Assembly (NCBI RefSeq): GCF_006345805.1
Contig: NC_042999.1
Span: 75,826,001-75,890,000 of the forward strand
Origin: Octopus sinensis
Lineage: Eukaryota
Direction of reading: 5' to 3'
DNA length: 64,000 nucleotides
Part shown: in pieces, positions 23,641-37,045 of the stretch
Layout of the letters: each line of letters opens with the position of its first letter
Numbering within the stretch: position 1 is the first letter of the stretch
Notes under the pieces: generated by a model
Databases searched by the model: none
Seen by the model: only the letters and a program-made list of their open reading frames with translations
What the model was told of the DNA's origin: nothing
Made by a program: the position numbers and the translations under genes

Positions 23641-24374
23641 TTTAAGTATAAGTTTGAAAGCTGAGCCAAAGGAGAGGAGTTCCAGCTGGATGAAATCTCC
23701 AAGTGATGAAATCTCCAATACACAAGTCTCCGATGTCCAAGTGGCTAAAAAGTGCCAACAGAAGGGTATCCAGGATTTATGACCTGGATGCAGCCAGGAC
23801 TTCTTAGAATGTAAGAAGGGCCGAAACAAATGCCTGAGGTGAGTTCATTCTCTGAAGACCTTATGCTGTTCAGCTGTCTTGAGAATTTCTTACCACTATC
23901 TGCTTGTTTGTTCTTAGCCCCTCCCATCTACCGCTTTACAATCAGTGTTGGTTTGTTTAGCGGTTCGATAAAAGAAACGATAGAATAATCAACAGGCTTT
24001 AAAAAAAAAGGACTGGGGTCGATTTATTCAAGAAGGTGCCCAGTATGGCCATTGTCCAACAACTGAAACAAGACAGAGGATACATATATGCATTCGTGCA
24101 AGCATGCATGTATATATGTACGTATGTATGTATGTCTGCAAATATGCGGAGAGAAAGAGAGAAACGGGGAGAGTGAGAAAGAGAGAGAGAGAGAGAGAAG
24201 GAGAAAGATAGAGAAAAAGGGAATTTGATGATGTTAATTATCAATATTTCTTACAGAAAACAGCTCAGTAGAATATGCTTCACTGAGAAGTCTAATAAGA
24301 TTGAAACATGTTTCTTACTTTCACAAGTTAGTTGATTTTAAAGACCAGATGCACTACTATTTGTATGAATTTAA

Positions 24375-24581
24375 CTCTTTACTCTTTTATTTGCTTCAGT
24401 CATTTGACTGTGGCCATGCTGGAGCACCGCCTTTAGTCGAACAAACCGACCCCAACCATATTCTTTGTAAGCCTAGTACATATTTTACCAGTCTCTTTTG
24501 CCGAACCACAAAGTTACAGGAACATAAACACACCAGCATCGGTTGTCAAGCGATGGTGGACAGACACACCCACACACACAC

Positions 24582-24648
<67 letters not shown>

Positions 24649-24805
24649 ACGGGCTTCTTTCATTTTCCGTCTACCAGATCCAATCACAAGGCTCTGGTCG
24701 GCCCGAGGCTATAGAAGACAGTTGCCCAAGGTGCCATGCAGTGGGACTGAACCTGGAACTATGTGGTTGGTAAGCAAGCTCTTTACACCACACAGCCACT
24801 CCCGT
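24375..24805 (-). mobile_element. SINE family A, full length
   Basis: Reverse complement of the 1445-1920 family. Confidence 0.85.
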
Positions 24806-25592
24806 ACCTAACTGTTCGAAAACTTCGATCAAATCCTCTTATAACACTAACTTCCTTTATTGCTTTAAAATTTTAAACACCTCTGCAGTTTTTTTTTCCT
24901 TAATTGCATAAATGATTTCAGTTGATCGCAGTTTTTTATTTCACTATACTGACCCTACCCTGTTTGTATTTTTTATGCAGAACCCTCTACTAGGGTATTT
25001 TTCCTGAATCATATAATTTATCTTTTATATAGTGAAGGCCCGTAGCTTAGTGATAAGGATGTTCGCTTCACTATCATAGTGTCATACCTGCGACGCGTTG
25101 CCCTTAGATAAAGTATTGCATTTTACGTGACTCGGGTCTACTTAGCTGAAAACAAGTACTAGATGAGTGCTTGTGCATTCTCTTTCTCTCTCTGTCTCTG
25201 CCTGTCTCTCACTCCCAACTTTCACACTCTTGGAGGTACTGCTAGATGAAAGGGTGGGAGTGCTGAGAGAGTGTCTCCATCTGGTCATCACCGAATAGAC
25301 ACCTAAAACAGCGAGATGAAGCATGTTTGATGTCAACTAACCATTTTAGTTCACAGGAGACGGATGGCTCTTGAATAAGATCTGTTGTAAAGAAACCAGT
25401 TCAGTCGACTGTATATCGCAAATAGCTGTCGTTTACTAATGTAAGGAAAACTTAACATTATCATTATAGACAATATAGTGACAAAAGCTCATGTGCGGGA
25501 TTAAATACCTCATGGTATTTAATTGAGCACCATTACGTTCACATGTCGTGGTACATATTGCCTTCAACGTCCTAATGTTAACAAAATGAATA

Positions 25593-25658
25593 GGCGTAGT
25601 GGTTAAGAGCGCGAGCTGCTAACCCCAAGATTCCGAGTTCGATTCCAGGCAGTGACCT
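25593..25658 (+). mobile_element. Short tRNA-derived SINE head
   Basis: A box TAGTGGTTAAG and B box GAGTTCGATTCC with no acceptor-stem closure. Followed by (AAT)n/(ATG)n. Confidence 0.65.
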
Positions 25659-25659
25659 G

Positions 25660-25690
25660 AATAATAATAATGATGATAATGATGATGATA

Positions 25691-25736
<46 letters not shown>

Positions 25737-25880
25737 GGATGATGATAATGATGATGATGAGGATGATGATAATGATGACGATGATGATGATCATCATCAT
25801 GGTGATGATCGTGATGATCATTATGATCATGATGATGAAGATGATGATCATGATGACGACGACGACGATGATGATGATGT
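25660..25880. repeat. (ATG)n microsatellite
   Basis: Directly visible. Confidence 0.95.
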
Positions 25881-25881
25881 A

Positions 25882-26450
25882 GTACCAGACAGTGGCTTGC
25901 TCTGATGCAGTACCAGGCAGTAGCTCTCGTAGCTTTTGAGCTTAACTGATTGGAAGTGTTATCATGTACATTGTTTTGTCTTGGTATAAAAGATGGGCTA
26001 CAGCAAATATTCTGCTCAATACCACAGATTTGCTTGTCAGTTGTTTGACCTTAACCAGTTGAGCATGTTCCTTAGTGGCTGACGATATGTGCATCTCTGA
26101 CCACGAGCAGAAGTAGTGGGGGAGCATCATAGCCATGTGTTGAGAAGGATTGTTTGGTGTTTGAATAATTCACCCCTGGAAACATGGGTGTTTCGTTCAA
26201 CATCCTTAAACAACCGTTGTGCAGGGACCTTTTCAGCGGGATGGGTTACTCGACCTGAAGAAAATTCTAACTGGGCCCCACTTGCAAGCTCATGTGCTGT
26301 TTATCTTAATATCACAATGTCGCGCACATATGGTTGTGATGCATGTACCTAGTGTATCCTTATCAGACGGATAGTCATGATGGGTATACTGGGCTTCGTA
26401 TATTTTACCCCAGTGTCACTTTGATGGCATGCACTGCTCTCTGACTCAAT
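25882..26450 (+). mobile_element. About 570-bp interspersed repeat of unknown class
   Basis: A reverse-complement homolog lies at 41738-42255. Both copies end in trinucleotide tracts. Confidence 0.75.
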
Positions 26451-26511
26451 AATAATAACAACATTAAAAAATACATTAGGAATGAGAACCCAGGTTCGAA
26501 ATTTCCTCAAC

Positions 26512-26555
26512 ACACCTGATGAAGGCTGGAGGGTATATCAGCCGAAACGTTGTGT
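26512..26555 (+). ncRNA. Minimal type I hammerhead (PLE-type)
   Basis: ACAC CTGATGA A GGCTG gagggtatat CAGCC GAAA CG TT GTGT. Helix III is reduced to the palindrome AACGTT. Confidence 0.75.
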
Positions 26556-28819
26556 TAACAACAAACAAGATGAGGACAAATATCAGTCAATTGTAAATAA
26601 TGTAAATAATGTAATATATAGTATTTAAATTTTCTTCACAAGTGAATTATTTTGGAAATTATAATAAATTTTTCGAAAAGTCCCAAATGGGGATTACTGG
26701 GAAAAAGCATATTTATCCTTTTCTATTCAATAGCAATAATAAACATTTTAGTTTTTTTTTTTTTGAAAATATAGAATCAAATGCGAACGTGTAGGATGTA
26801 TCAATGACTGATATAGATGAGAAATAAAAAAAGAAGTTTTCAAAACAGTCAATATTTTTGTAGTTCAAAAATTGCGATTTACGACATAGAATTAACCAGA
26901 GATAACAATGGCAAACTTTACTAAATACTGTTAAACACACCTCTGCAAATGCAATGCACATAAGTAACTCACTTTAAATACAACGAACAACCAGCAGTGA
27001 AGCTGTTTTTAACAGATACCCCAAATGAGGCTCATGGCAGGGACTAAATTCATTTCGCTAAAATTCCATGACCTAACGTTGAAAGAACGGTAAGTAGCTG
27101 GATCGATAGAGGGTAGAGCTATCTATCGTAGTTTTATTTTTATTTATGTGCTATCATTTTTTAAGAGAAAATCTATATTTGTTTAAGTTTCAAGTTGAAA
27201 GATCCATATTGTCGTCCCTCTGCCCAAGTCTAGAAAATTAATCAAGTAGCAGTAAAATACTGTGGTTGATTTAATCTATTACGTCGGCCTCTTCAAAAAT
27301 TTTATAGTTCTGTGCTAATGTAATAAGTTATTACTACGTTGTGTTGAAACAAATTACTTGCCAAGGATTCTGCCGCCTAGTTTTATCATTTGCATATGTG
27401 TATATTTATATTGTAATTGTGCGTGTGTCTATTTGTATGTATGTACGTATGTATATATGTGTGCGCCCGAGCACGTACGAATAAGTCTTTATATCAGTGT
27501 GGCATGTATTGTAGGTGTTGTTTGACGTAATATCTTAGTTGAAGCATTGGAGATTAATGAGTTTCACTAAAGGTTAGAATTCGCTTCGTTGTTTACAACT
27601 TGCCAGTTGACGATAACTCTTTCACGTAATGCTGCTTCCTTGATATACTTCACTATAGTGGTATTGATACTCAAGCACATTCCATTAATTGCATTGAAAA
27701 GTCCTGAATCTTGCTTAAACTTAATGAATGAAATCATTAAGCGCAGAGAAACCTTTTCGAAGATATGATAATTTGTAAAATTCTACGGTTGTTGACGGAC
27801 ACATTCGGAACTCGATAAATAATTCACAGGGAAATGAAATATGCTACTGCTTTAATTATTGTCGTTGCTGCTGTCATGTATTGCTCCTTAGTTCCTATAT
27901 GAGCTTCGTCCACCAGGGGCTTTGCTCACCGAATTTAACATTTGAACTCGGAATGCAGCTAGAGATTTGCCACCCACCGCCACCACCACTACCAATACGG
28001 TAATCCACCACCGCTGCCACCGAAGAGAAGTAAAATTCTGACTTCTTACACGATCATATACTCGCTGAGTTATGAATGATATTATCGATTAAATTGATTT
28101 AAGACATAACTGGTATTTATTATATCAACTCTTGAGAGATGAAAAGCTAAGTCGATATTGGCGTGGTTTTATGATTTTGCTATTAAACATGAAGCAACCT
28201 ATTGGCAGAGTTGTTAGATCGTCGAATAAATTGCTTTTATGACCATCGTCACGCTTCTCTGCGTCCTGAGTTCAAACTCGGTCAAGGTCGAATATGCCTT
28301 TCATACTTTCGAAGTTAATAAATGAAGACTGGTACAGAGGAGCCAATCCGTCTGTCTGTCTATCTTTTTTTCTCTCTCTCTCTTTGTTTCTCTCTTTCTC
28401 TTTCTCACCTCTCTCTTCCACTCTCCTTTCCCCCGCTTTCTCTCTCTCTCCCAATCTCTTTCTGAGAAATTAATTGTAGTGAGACTTGGAAACGGATGAG
28501 TTCTATCCGATTTAATTATGCCCAAGATACACCGTGAGGCACACAAGCAACCCAAAGATTCAATCCAGCAGTTGAGGACCCAAGGTATGAGGCAATATTA
28601 AACATACTTGTACATGGATGCAAGTAAAAATCTAAAAGTTTCGACCCATAACTCATCCGTAGTATTAGATAATATGCGAAACTTTTTCACGAAATAAAAT
28701 TAATATCTATTTTATTGACTGCGAAGGAAAGGTAGGCAAAGCCGACTCAGATGTGAATGTATTTAGATAAAGCACATACGTGTGTGTGTAAATACATCGA
28801 CATATGTGGACATGTAGCA

Positions 28820-28943
28820 ATACATACATACATACATACATACATAACTACACACACACACATATGTACACACATATATATACATATATATACATATATA
28901 TATACATATATATACATATACATACATATACATATACATATAT

Positions 28944-28974
<31 letters not shown>

Positions 28975-29071
28975 CATACATATATATGCATATACATATA
29001 TATACATATACATACATATATATATACATATACATACATATATATATACATATACATACATATATATACAT

Positions 29072-29110
<39 letters not shown>

Positions 29111-29264
29111 CATACATATATATATACATATACATACATATATATATATACATATACATACATATATAATATATACATATACATACATATATATATATAT
29201 ATACATATACATACATATATATATATATATACATATACATACATATATATATATATATATACAT

Positions 29265-29298
<34 letters not shown>
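28820..29298. repeat. Compound (TA)n/(TACA)n microsatellite
   Basis: Directly visible. Confidence 0.95.
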
Positions 29299-29300
<2 letters not shown>

Positions 29301-29587
29301 AATCAAAGGACATACTAAGTATGTCTACCTGCTGGAAATAACAGTCAAAGCTCTTATTTAACTCGCCAAAATACACTGATAACTACAGAAATCAACTGGA
29401 AGTAGGCAAACGGGCCAAGACAACCTCTCAGCATACATTCAGGTATTTGGACTCACGTGGACCGTTTCTGGACTAGCATAATAGCTTAACCTACCTCAGA
29501 GAGCCCAAACCTGTCGTGTTGAAGTCTGCGCTGCAACTGATTCGTTTTGCGCCGAAATCATGGCACCTACCAGTATGAAAATAATTT

Positions 29588-29732
29588 CAATACGGAGAAA
29601 ATAATTCACAAGAAAAACAATTCACGAAAAAATAATTTGCGAAGATATCATATCTGAAGGATTAAAATTAATCAAAGGACAGACTAATGGTATCTTCGCA
29701 AATTTTTTTCGTGAATTATTTGCTCCGTATTG
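29588..29732. repeat. Foldback inverted repeat, about 145 bp
   Basis: CAATACGGAG..AATAATTCAC..GAAAAAA..ATTTGCGAAGATA pairs with TATCTTCGCAAATTTTTTTCGTGAATTATTTGCTCCGTATTG. Confidence 0.75.
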
Positions 29733-29741
29733 ATATATATA

Positions 29742-29973
29742 CAGGAATGGCCAAAAGTCACCCGACAGTAAATCAAAATTCCATAAATTCTATCTGTAAT
29801 TTTGTATTGACTAGAATGGGAAAATGGGTCGCTCAAGAAGGACTTCAGTTTGAACAATTTTCATGATGTTTCATATTTAGATGCTTTTATTAAATTCATT
29901 CACTTGTTAAACATATATAAGTCTTGAAATTAAATGGTTTGCTTTACTGTCAGGTGACTTTTGGCCAACCCTG
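29742..29973. mobile_element. Tc1/mariner-type MITE
   Basis: TIRs CAGGAATGGCCAAAAGTCACCCGACAGTAAA / TTTACTGTCAGGTGACTTTTGGCCAACCCTG, with TA flanks. Confidence 0.85.
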
Positions 29974-29980
29974 TATATAT

Positions 29981-30026
<46 letters not shown>

Positions 30027-30789
30027 TTTTGGACTAGACTATTTTATGCGCAACTCCATTGTCTCCCGACACAAAAGGATGCCAACAATATATACATATA
30101 CATTTGTATATATATATATATATATACATTTGTATATCCAAAATTGATTTTATGCTCTCTACGGACTGCTCGAAGGTTACTTTCTTCCTACACTTTGATC
30201 ATTGGATCTTACCTTTACATATCACATTTGTATATATGTATATATCCAATTATATATACACGTATGTACGCGTGCGACTGTATATGTATAAGCTTAAACT
30301 TAGTTCAATTTAAATATTTTAGCCCAGTTTAGCTCAGGTCACATCCTACTTAATAGCACCACCTATCAGAATCTGTTGTCATTTTTCGTATTATATATAG
30401 TCCGTTCGAGTAAGGAACGTTCAAGTAAGGTTATTGACAGAGATGTATCCAGGTATTGATGGTTTCCCTTGAATAAATTCGTCCAGATATCGTTTGAAGG
30501 ATATGGAATTCTTTTGCTCAATTTGTTTTGGGATGATATTAGATGGAAGAGGAGCTGTTGAGGAAAGGTCAATGTGTTACAATGAGGTTATGTGTTGTGA
30601 ACTTGATTTGCAAAGAGAGCTATGGCACGGTTTCCCAGCCTTTGATGGAATGTAATTTTGATGCTAAGGTTGTCTTGGTACTGCTATTGGTATATTCGTC
30701 ACATTGTGCTAGTGATGTACCACTCAAGACAACATTTGCAAGAATAGAATTTCCAAGTTTTTAGGCGGTCCTAATAATCAAAAACAGTC

Positions 30790-31075
30790 ATACCATTTAT
30801 TTATTTATTTATTTATTTATAATTGCTTTCTCCGAGTGTTTCACGACTCGTAATGTTTTGTTTAGTATGGGGAGACCACAGGGGCAACAGTATTCTGGGT
30901 GTGAGCCGACAAAGGAGTAGAAATGTGAAATGATGACATCCAGATCTCTCGCCTGGAAAGTTTTTAGGATCCAGGAGCTTATAAGGAGAGTCAAATCGGT
31001 TTCATTGTGATGTGAGCACTTCTGCTGAGGTTGTCAACAATTACTCCTAGGACTCATACTGATAGACCCTATGAG
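30790..31075 (-). mobile_element. Degenerate CR1/L2-group LINE fragment
   Basis: ILKTFQARDLDVII..YSFVGSHPEYCCP resembles the post-RT motif FxSRD...RPHLEYC. Confidence 0.6.
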
Positions 31076-31109
31076 TCGTTCTCCTGAAGGGATAAAATAT
31101 ATATATTTA

Positions 31110-31324
31110 CGAGAGGATGCTGAAATGTTTCTGGCTTTAAGGGTATCGCGAAAGCCTTGGTTGGAAACCCAACCTTCCGAGTTACTTTACAGGACTTAGA
31201 AAAACTGAAATACTGCTGCAATAAGTGTGTGAATCTGAGACGGAGATATGTTAAATAAATCGTAATTAACTGATCCTCCTGTATTTTCTTTTACCCAAAA
31301 GTAGCAACTTTCAACACTCCCTTG
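31110..31324 (+). mobile_element. Mariner-derived MITE, second copy
   Basis: Homologous to 19144-19352, with TA flanks. Confidence 0.8.
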
Positions 31325-31614
31325 TATATGTATATATCGTCAGTTGTTTATCATACTAAATGTATACATACCGTTAAAATCTCTGATGCTGTGGAACTTT
31401 CTGATATAAAATCTCCTTATAGACTTGTATTAAAAACAATATATATTTGAGAGATGAATGTCGTTGCTCCAGTGATTCACAAGAATGACTGACACGTTTC
31501 GTCTTTCTTGAGGAATATCACTGCTGTGCACCATAGTGAATAAAACGTGGTGGACTAGAGCTGAAGGGGAGAGAATGGTTTCTAGCTTTTAGCATGTTGA
31601 AGAATTTATATTAA

Positions 31615-32035
31615 ACAGCGAAGGGTATACTCTTTTTACTCTTTTTACTTGTTTCAGTCATTTGACTGCGGCCATGCTGGAGCACCGCCTTTAGTCGAGC
31701 AAATCGACCCCGGGACTTATTCTTTGTAAGCCCAGTACTTATTCTATCGGTCTCTTTTGCCGAACCGTTAAGTGACGGGGACGTAAACACACCACCATCG
31801 GTTGTCAAGCGATTTTGGAGGAACAAACACAGACACACAAACATATTCACACACGCTTATATATATATACATATATACGACAGGCTTCTTTCAGTTTCCG
31901 TCTACCAAATCCACCCACAAGGCATTAGTCGGCCCGGGGCTATAGCAGAAGACACGTGCCCAAGATGCCACGCAGTGGGACTGAACCCGGAACCATGTGG
32001 TTAGCAAGCTACTTACCAAACAGCCACTCCTGCGC
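31615..32035 (-). mobile_element. SINE family A, full length
   Basis: Reverse complement of the 1445-1920 family. Confidence 0.85.
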
Positions 32036-33001
32036 CTATATGCATATATTTCTATATGTTTCTTTTCTTTTTTCATGTCCATGAGATAAAAATTCCTAAA
32101 TTTATTGGTAGCTGTGAATAGCACTATTTCGTCCTCCTTTAGGACTTGTCAGTACGACATAACTTGAGGTTTTAAATTAAGGTAAATTCTTCTAATTGAA
32201 AATATTAACAATTTTGAGAAGCAATGATATCATGAGAATTACAAAAAGGTAATATTAAAATATGCAGGGGGATATTTCAAGAAGACTCGCTCTCTCCATT
32301 ATTTTTTTTTCATTGCATACTGAGAAGATCCAGATATACCTATGAGCTTGCTGAAGCTTGAAAATAAATCACCTGCTGAATTTGGATCACTTCGAGCTGT
32401 ACACAAATAATGAAAAAGGCTGTAATTGATGGAATTTTCTTATCTAAACGTTATCCAGAATTCTTTTATCCAAGTATTTAGAAAAGATATTGTTACACAG
32501 ATTGGGGTAAGTGTGCAGTTTAAAAAAGATAAAGGGATGGTGTAAAGTTAAATTTGATGGTATTAAGATGACAAAAAATTATATTATTACATCGCCGAGA
32601 GATGATGAAGGATACATAAACAAAAAGGAAAAAGGAAATGATTGAGTTATTATTACCAGCATATATCTCATCGGTTCATAGCAACAACTCCATTGTCACT
32701 TTTAATCAACAACTATAATATTTTTAAAAGCATTTTATCCCCCGTCACCATGTCCATACAAAACCCAGAACAGTTAGAAAGCTTGAGAATTTATCAAACA
32801 TTTCAATTATCAATAATCTCTTGATCAACACCCCCTGAAAGTCACTATTGTCATCTCCTGTGTAGGATTTATCAAGAAGGTTCTTTTTGTTTTTTGGGTT
32901 TTTTTTTAAAAAAACAAAAGGATTTTTTTTTTTGACACAATTCTATCTCCAAACTTGTTCTGGCAAAAATCTTTTAAGAAGCAGATCCATTAACAAAAAA
33001 A

Positions 33002-33037
<36 letters not shown>

Positions 33038-33046
33038 CACACACAC

Positions 33047-33091
<45 letters not shown>

Positions 33092-33139
33092 CACACAATA
33101 TATATATATATATACACACCATATATATATATATACACA

Positions 33140-33170
<31 letters not shown>

Positions 33171-33309
33171 ATATATATATATATATACACACATATATAA
33201 TATATATATATATACACACATATATATATATATATACACACACACAATATATATATACACACATATATATATATATATAATATATATATATATAATATAT
33301 ATATATATA

Positions 33310-33720
33310 AAATATTATTAGAGACAAAACCACTATTTTGCAAAACAAACAAGGAAAGACTTAATCAATACATAAAATTTTAATAAATAGTCAAAAAAAC
33401 CGCCACTACAATCGTTTCTTGTCTTGATCGACAATCTTCAGGTGGACTTCCAATAAGTCAGTTTCAAATTATGAAGTGAAATTAAATTCTTAGCCGTTAA
33501 AAAAATCAAACCAAAATTACGTTACCATAGAAATAACTTATGTAGTAAAAAGCTTTCCATTTAATTCTAGAAATAAAATCTTTAACATTATTAACAAGTT
33601 TCAAGATAAATTCCTTTCTAGAAGGAATAGGAATATCTTTCAAAGATGAATCCCAAAACAGCGGTTCTATCTTACCTGTAAAATCCATAATTTACGAAAT
33701 TGAGGTATTACACTCAATAT
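33310..33720 (-). mobile_element. Internally deleted Penelope-like element (ORF N-terminus plus HHR end)
   Basis: ORF 33506-33688 contains SLKDIPIPSRKEFILKLVNNVKDFISRIKWKAF, matching the PLE ORF N-terminal pattern KNIPIPS...IKRMRWKA. An HHR follows about 60 nt downstream, and both ends lie in (TA)n. Confidence 0.75.
33403..33445 (-). ncRNA. Minimal type I hammerhead
   Basis: Minus strand reads CCAC CUGAAGA UUGUC gaucaa GACAA GAAA C gauu G UA GUGG. Confidence 0.8.
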
Positions 33721-33769
33721 ACAAAATTATCAATATTATATAAATAATAAATATTAGGGAATAAATCCA

Positions 33770-34032
33770 AATATATATATATATATATACACACACATAT
33801 ATATATATATACCACACACATATATATATATTATATATACACACACATATATATATATACATATACACACACATATATATATATACACACACACATATAT
33901 ATATATATATACACACACATATATATATATACATACACATATATATATATATACACATATATATATATATACACACATATATATACACACATATATATAT
34001 ACATATATATACACACATATATATATATGCAC

Positions 34033-34065
<33 letters not shown>

Positions 34066-34294
34066 TATATATATACACACGCATATATATATATATATAC
34101 ACACACATATATATATATATACACACACACACATATATATATACACACACATATATATACACACCACACATATATATATATACACACACACATATATATA
34201 TACACACACACATATATATACACACACACATATATATATATACATTATATATATATACATATATATATACATATATACATATATATATACATAT

Positions 34295-34360
<66 letters not shown>
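33770..34360. repeat. Compound (TA)n/(CA)n microsatellite
   Basis: Directly visible. Confidence 0.95.
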
Positions 34361-34365
<5 letters not shown>

Positions 34366-34369
34366 GGTA

Positions 34370-34615
34370 AAGACCCCCTTCGGTCATGAATGACCATGGG
34401 ATTGCACCTAGAAAGTTATCCTCCTAGACACAAGTCCGGGCAAGGTTGTTTATGGAAGGCCAGCAGTCGCCCATGCATACCAGCCTCCCCTCTCCACGCC
34501 ACCAGTGTTATCCAAGGGAAAGACAAAGGTCGATACAGCTTGGCACCAGTGACGTCGCAACTCATTTCTACAGCTGAGTGAACTGGAGCCACGTGAAATA
34601 AAGTGCCTTGCTCGA
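34370..34615 (-). mobile_element. 5'-truncated SINE sharing the family C core
   Basis: Minus strand reads TTTCACGTGGCTCCAGTTCACTCAGCTGTAGAAATGAGT..., similar to 17150-17190. Confidence 0.65.
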
Positions 34616-34729
34616 GATATATATATATATATAGGGGTGCCGCAGGACAATAAGTTCATGGAAAGACGAATAAGAAAGTTTCCAAAAAAACAAAAAAAAT
34701 GCTAGAGAAAGCTTAGGAATATTTCGAAG

Positions 34730-35470
34730 GTAATCAATGTGTCAGTATTGAGATGCTCTGCTCCTTTTTAAAGTAGACAAAAACGGAGCTTGAAGAATTA
34801 GATAGAACTACGAAACTGATATCTATGCTTAACGCACAACATACTAAATAAATATCGACCGGCTCTCCGTACAAAGAAAGGGAATAAGCAGAGGTTTGTT
34901 AAATTTGGAAGGCACCGTAGGTACTGTCATATTTGGATTTATAAAACTAAGTTGCCCACACTGAAAAATGAATTCGATCTGCGGTCAGCAGTATCCAAAA
35001 TGTCACCGAATTACTCAAAGAAGCAGAACGAAGAACGCCAGGACAAAAAGTTGAAAAGAGAAGGGATTTCCTGGCGAGTACAAAAAAAAAAAAAAAGCTG
35101 AAGATGTTAGAAGAAAAACGCTGATTGCAGCAGAGAGAAGAAAATCTGAAACGAGAGACTTAATCGTTTATTATAGTCGTTCAAGAAAGCCCTGATAGAA
35201 CGAACGTGATAAAGACAAAGGTTGAAAAGCTCAGAGTAAATGTAGTATCTACAGAAAAGAAACCGAGAGTATTAACAATTTATTAAGTGATGCAGAGAAC
35301 TAGCACAAAAAGAGTATAAGCACAGGCATGACTGTGTCGGTGAATAAGTACATGAGGGTGTACTAAGTCGAGTGTGTGGACTCAAAAGTAACAGAAAAGA
35401 GATGTAAACACAAAACAGAAGCGGAGATGGTTCATGGTAATTACAGCATTTTATGGGATGTCTTCAATAA
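34730..35470 (+). mobile_element. Highly decayed R4/Dong-like LINE fragment
   Basis: Residual ELEELDRTTK..M..A.H.K.NIDRL..QR...RGL, corresponding to motifs in the 38690 and 42299 copies. Confidence 0.5.
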
Positions 35471-36389
35471 TAATAATAATCCTTTCCACTATAGGCACAT
35501 GGTCTGAAATTTGGGGAAGGGGATAGTTGATTATACCGACCCCAGTGTTTCACTGGTACTTAATTTATCGACTCCGGAAGGATGAACGGCAAAGTTGACC
35601 CCGGCGGAATTTGAACTCTGAACTTAAAGACGGACGAAATACTGCTAAGCACTTTGTCCGTTGTTATGATTCAGCTAACGCACCGCCTAAGTAATAATAA
35701 TAAGGAGGTGGAGGGGAGGAAGGAAAGGAGAAGAGGAAGAAGAGGGAAGGAAGAGGGGGAGGAAGAGGAGGAGATAAATATTTATTGCATTATATACTTA
35801 ACGAATATAAAGAATTCAATATACTGAACGTATACAGATATTTAATAAATTTCGAAAAAAATCGAGGATTACAGCATACTACAATTTCGTCCGTTAAATC
35901 CGAAATTAATGAGGAATTTTTGAAAAAGTATTGCATATATAGTTTTGATTTGATGATAGCGGGAAATAAATATGCAAGTGGGAAAAAGAAATAGGAAGGA
36001 GTGGAATTATAATGGTGTCACGTATAAAACAAGAGTATTTAGAATATGAAAAGTCAAAGAATGATGCAAGGCGAGGTGCCTCATTATTCAGAAGACGGCT
36101 GGGTTGAAAGAAATCAGTAGTGTATAAAAGGATTTTCATACAGTGATAGCTGTAATGTAAGGAAAACGATACATGGAAAGGAGATATGACTCTCATTAAA
36201 TATTTTCACCTTTTTGGCTTAATAAACTATTCAAAAATTCATGGAACAAAGCTTAAAATTTACGATTGAATTTTATCAACTATATATGTCAACTTCCTCA
36301 AAAAATATTTTCTATGCATTCAATGATTACAAAGTCAGTGTCTATTAAAATACATTTCATTTTCAAAAATTAATGGAATCTACAAACAG

Positions 36390-36830
36390 AATTTAACTTA
36401 TACATACCTTTGCTTTCGAACTCATGACCGCTCTGGTCCACTTACAGCTAATAACCTCAAGTAAGTGAAACGCAAATATCGAGAAACATTTCGTTCGGTA
36501 TTTTGGGCATTCTTATTCAATGGCTGCCCTCAATTCATCGACTGTTGCTAGTTTTGTAACGCAAATTTATCCTTCAAGAATGTCCATAAAATTGTCTCGT
36601 AGTGTGAGGTCAAGTGAAGGCGAGGAATATTCTAATAAACCTCTTCGTCCAGTCTATGATTGTGGCAAATCTTATTAAAGCAGGCTCTTACATTATTAGC
36701 GCTGGGGTGTCTCATCTCGAAATAAAATATCATTTCTTCAAAGACCACTTGAGTACTGGGCATGACAAATTGTCATATCAAGTTCACGTATATATTACCA
36801 GCCACAATAAAAAAATAATTAAATAATTAA
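36390..36830 (-). mobile_element. Decayed Tc1/mariner transposase C-terminal fragment
   Basis: Minus strand gives PSLDLT...LWTFLKDK...TKLATVDELRAAIE..VDQSGHEFE across frameshifts. Confidence 0.6.
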
Positions 36831-37045
36831 TCCGTTTAGTGATAATACTGTAACGCCTGGTAAATTGATATGCTGCTGTTTCGTAATATGGGGATTATTG
36901 GGACTCAAGAAAACACAATCGCGGTGGTAAAGCGAGCGATTTATTTATCTATATAGGCGCAAATGTGACTATTTGATAAGGAGCTTGCTTCTCAAATACA
37001 TAGTTCCGCGTTCATTCCCACTGCGTGGCACCTTGGTCAAGCTTC

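Noticed and set aside
25593-25658. Possible tRNA gene
   Set aside because: It has A and B boxes but no closing acceptor stem and runs into a repeat tail, so it is a SINE head.
26245-26290. CTGAAGA in the 570-bp repeat
   Set aside because: No downstream stem II/GAAA/UH arrangement.
31485-31530. Partial HHR 3' half on the minus strand (GAAACGTGTCAGTC)
   Set aside because: No recognisable CUGANGA or complementary helix I upstream.
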